From the human T2T-CHM13v2.0 reference genome, Homo sapiens, in assembly GCF_009914755.1 (NCBI RefSeq), contig NC_060948.1: DNA of 64,000 nucleotides; one strand, given 5' to 3'. Position 1 is the stretch's first letter; each line of letters opens with the position of its first letter. The notes beneath the pieces were generated by a model, which was not told where the DNA came from, searched no databases, and saw nothing but the letters and a program-made list of their open reading frames with translations. The position numbers were made by a program, and so were the translations under genes. Positions 57,935-64,000 of the stretch are shown in pieces.

Positions 57935-58958
57935 CCATCCATCTTCTATTCATCCATCCATTTATCCATCCATTTATCCATCCATCCATCCATCCATCCA
58001 TCCATCCATCCATGCATCCATTCATTCATCTATCTTTATCTATCTATCTATCTATGTATCATCTATCTGTGTATCTATCATCTATCTATCTATCATCTAT
58101 CAATCTATCTATGTATCTATCTACCTATCATCTATCTTATCTATCTATGTATCTATGTATCTATCTATGTATCTATGTATGTATGTATCCATCTATCATT
58201 TATCTATTTATCATCTATCTATCTGTGTATCTATCTCTGTATCTATGTATCTATCTATCATCTATCTATCTAATCTATCTATCCATCTATGTATCTATGT
58301 GTCTATTTATCTATCATCTATCTATCTAATCTATCTATCCATCTATGTATCTATCTATGTGTCTATTTATCTATCATCTATCTAATCTATGTGTCTATCT
58401 ATGTATCTATGTATCTATCTGTCATCTATCTATCCATCATCTATCTATCTACCTACCTATCGTCTATCTATCTATCTATCTATGTATCTATGTATGTATC
58501 TATGTATCTATCTATCATCTATCTAATCTATCTATCTATCTATCTATCTATGTAGCTAATCTATCTATATATCTATCTATCATCTATCTGTCTACCTACC
58601 TACCTATCATCTATCTTATCTATCTATAATCTATGTATCTATATATCTATGTATCTATGCATCTATGTATCTATCATGTATCATCCATCTATCTACCTAC
58701 CTATCATTTATCTATTGTATGTATGTATGTATGTATGTATGTATCTATCATCTATCATCTATCTAATCTATCTCTGTATCTATGTATCTATCTATCTATC
58801 ATCTACCTATCTAATCTATGTATCTATTTATCTATCATCTATCTATCTAATCTATGTATCTATCCATCTATCTATTATCTATCTATCCATCATCTATCTA
58901 CCTACCTATCATCTATCTATGTATCTATCTATGTATGTATCTATCTATCATCTATCTA

Positions 58959-58998
<40 letters not shown>

Positions 58999-59030
58999 GT
59001 CATCTATTATCTATGTATCTATCATGTATC

Positions 59031-59073
<43 letters not shown>

Positions 59074-59085
59074 ATCTATCATCTT
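57935..59085. repeat. Compound (TCCA)/(TCTA)n microsatellite, ~1.15 kb
   Basis: Directly visible. Confidence 0.97.
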
Positions 59086-59094
59086 CTGTATTAA

Positions 59095-59295
59095 AGTGGT
59101 TCTCAACTGGAGAAGATTTTGCTGTCCATGAGACATCAGTAAAATATGGAGTCATCCTTGGTTCTCACCACTGGCTGGAGCAGGAGGTGCTCCTGTCATC
59201 TGGTGGGCGGAGCTGAGGGACACTGCTCAATATTGTACAGTGCACAGGACGGCCCCACCGCAGAGGATTCTCCAGTCTCAAATGTCAGCAGCTCC
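59095..59295 (+). mobile_element. MER20
   Basis: AGTGGTTCTCAACTGG...GTGCTCCTGTCATCTGGTGGG...CAGGACGGCCCCACCGCAGAG...AAATGTCAGCAG. Confidence 0.8.
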
Positions 59296-59814
59296 AGGCC
59301 TGGCATGTTCTTGGATAACCCCCTCTCCCCACATCCTTTCTGGGATGCCCCATTGTGGCTGCCTTCATCATCTTTTCAATTAGGGGATGGTGAATGAAGA
59401 CACTGGAGACTATCTGGGTAGAGAGTTTCTCTCTGAGTTCCCAGGGATGCCTCTGTCCTGGACCCCAGCACAGATCACCACGGGCAGCCCCTAACCATTG
59501 CCAGGCTCCTGAGGAGGGTCACCCTGCGCTTACTCCCCGTCATACCCATCTGGGGAATGGGTGGCTTCCACAGACTCACCAGGCATCTCCCTGTATCCCT
59601 GTACCCGCTGGAGGGTGCTACGTTGTCTCCGATTTACAGGGACAGTTTGATCAACCAACCCAGATCCCCAGATAGTGAGATGGTGTCTGGGCTACAAACC
59701 CAGGCCACCGATGTTCCTTGCTATTTAGGAATAAAGATATTTATGTCCCCGTTGTTTGGGGGAGTTCGTCCACCAGTAAAACTACAGAAAAGTGGAATGC
59801 TGTTTAGTTTTGTG

Positions 59815-64000
<4,186 letters not shown>

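Overview
Primate (almost certainly human) genomic DNA. It is extremely repeat-dense, with roughly 70 Alu copies or fragments, MaLR/ERVL LTRs, L1 3' ends, MER20/MER82 DNA transposons and kilobase-scale simple repeats. The one gene feature I recognise is the non-coding first exon of P2RY8 on the minus strand (~37252-37480, donor CAG|GTGAG), which places the window in pseudoautosomal region 1 (Xp22.33/Yp11). Positions 1-37251 are then P2RY8 intron 1, and positions above ~37.5 kb are promoter and upstream sequence. This is the exon spliced to CRLF2 in the P2RY8::CRLF2 leukaemia fusion. I find no protein-coding exon: the long ORFs in the track come from Alu, LTR or simple-repeat sequence. I found no convincing new gene system. 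The most notable signals are (i) Alu-borne cryptic RAG signal sequences just inside intron 1, oriented as the fusion deletion requires, (ii) a 19-codon uORF in exon 1, (iii) clusters of B-cell motifs (octamer, PU.1, EICE), and (iv) pervasive local duplication or homogenisation of transposons (tandem Alu arrays with private variants, a window-wide Alu variant, LTR-derived tandem arrays, a MER20+(TCTA)n module). Repeat boundaries are approximate, and subfamily calls are from remembered consensus sequences, not from alignments.
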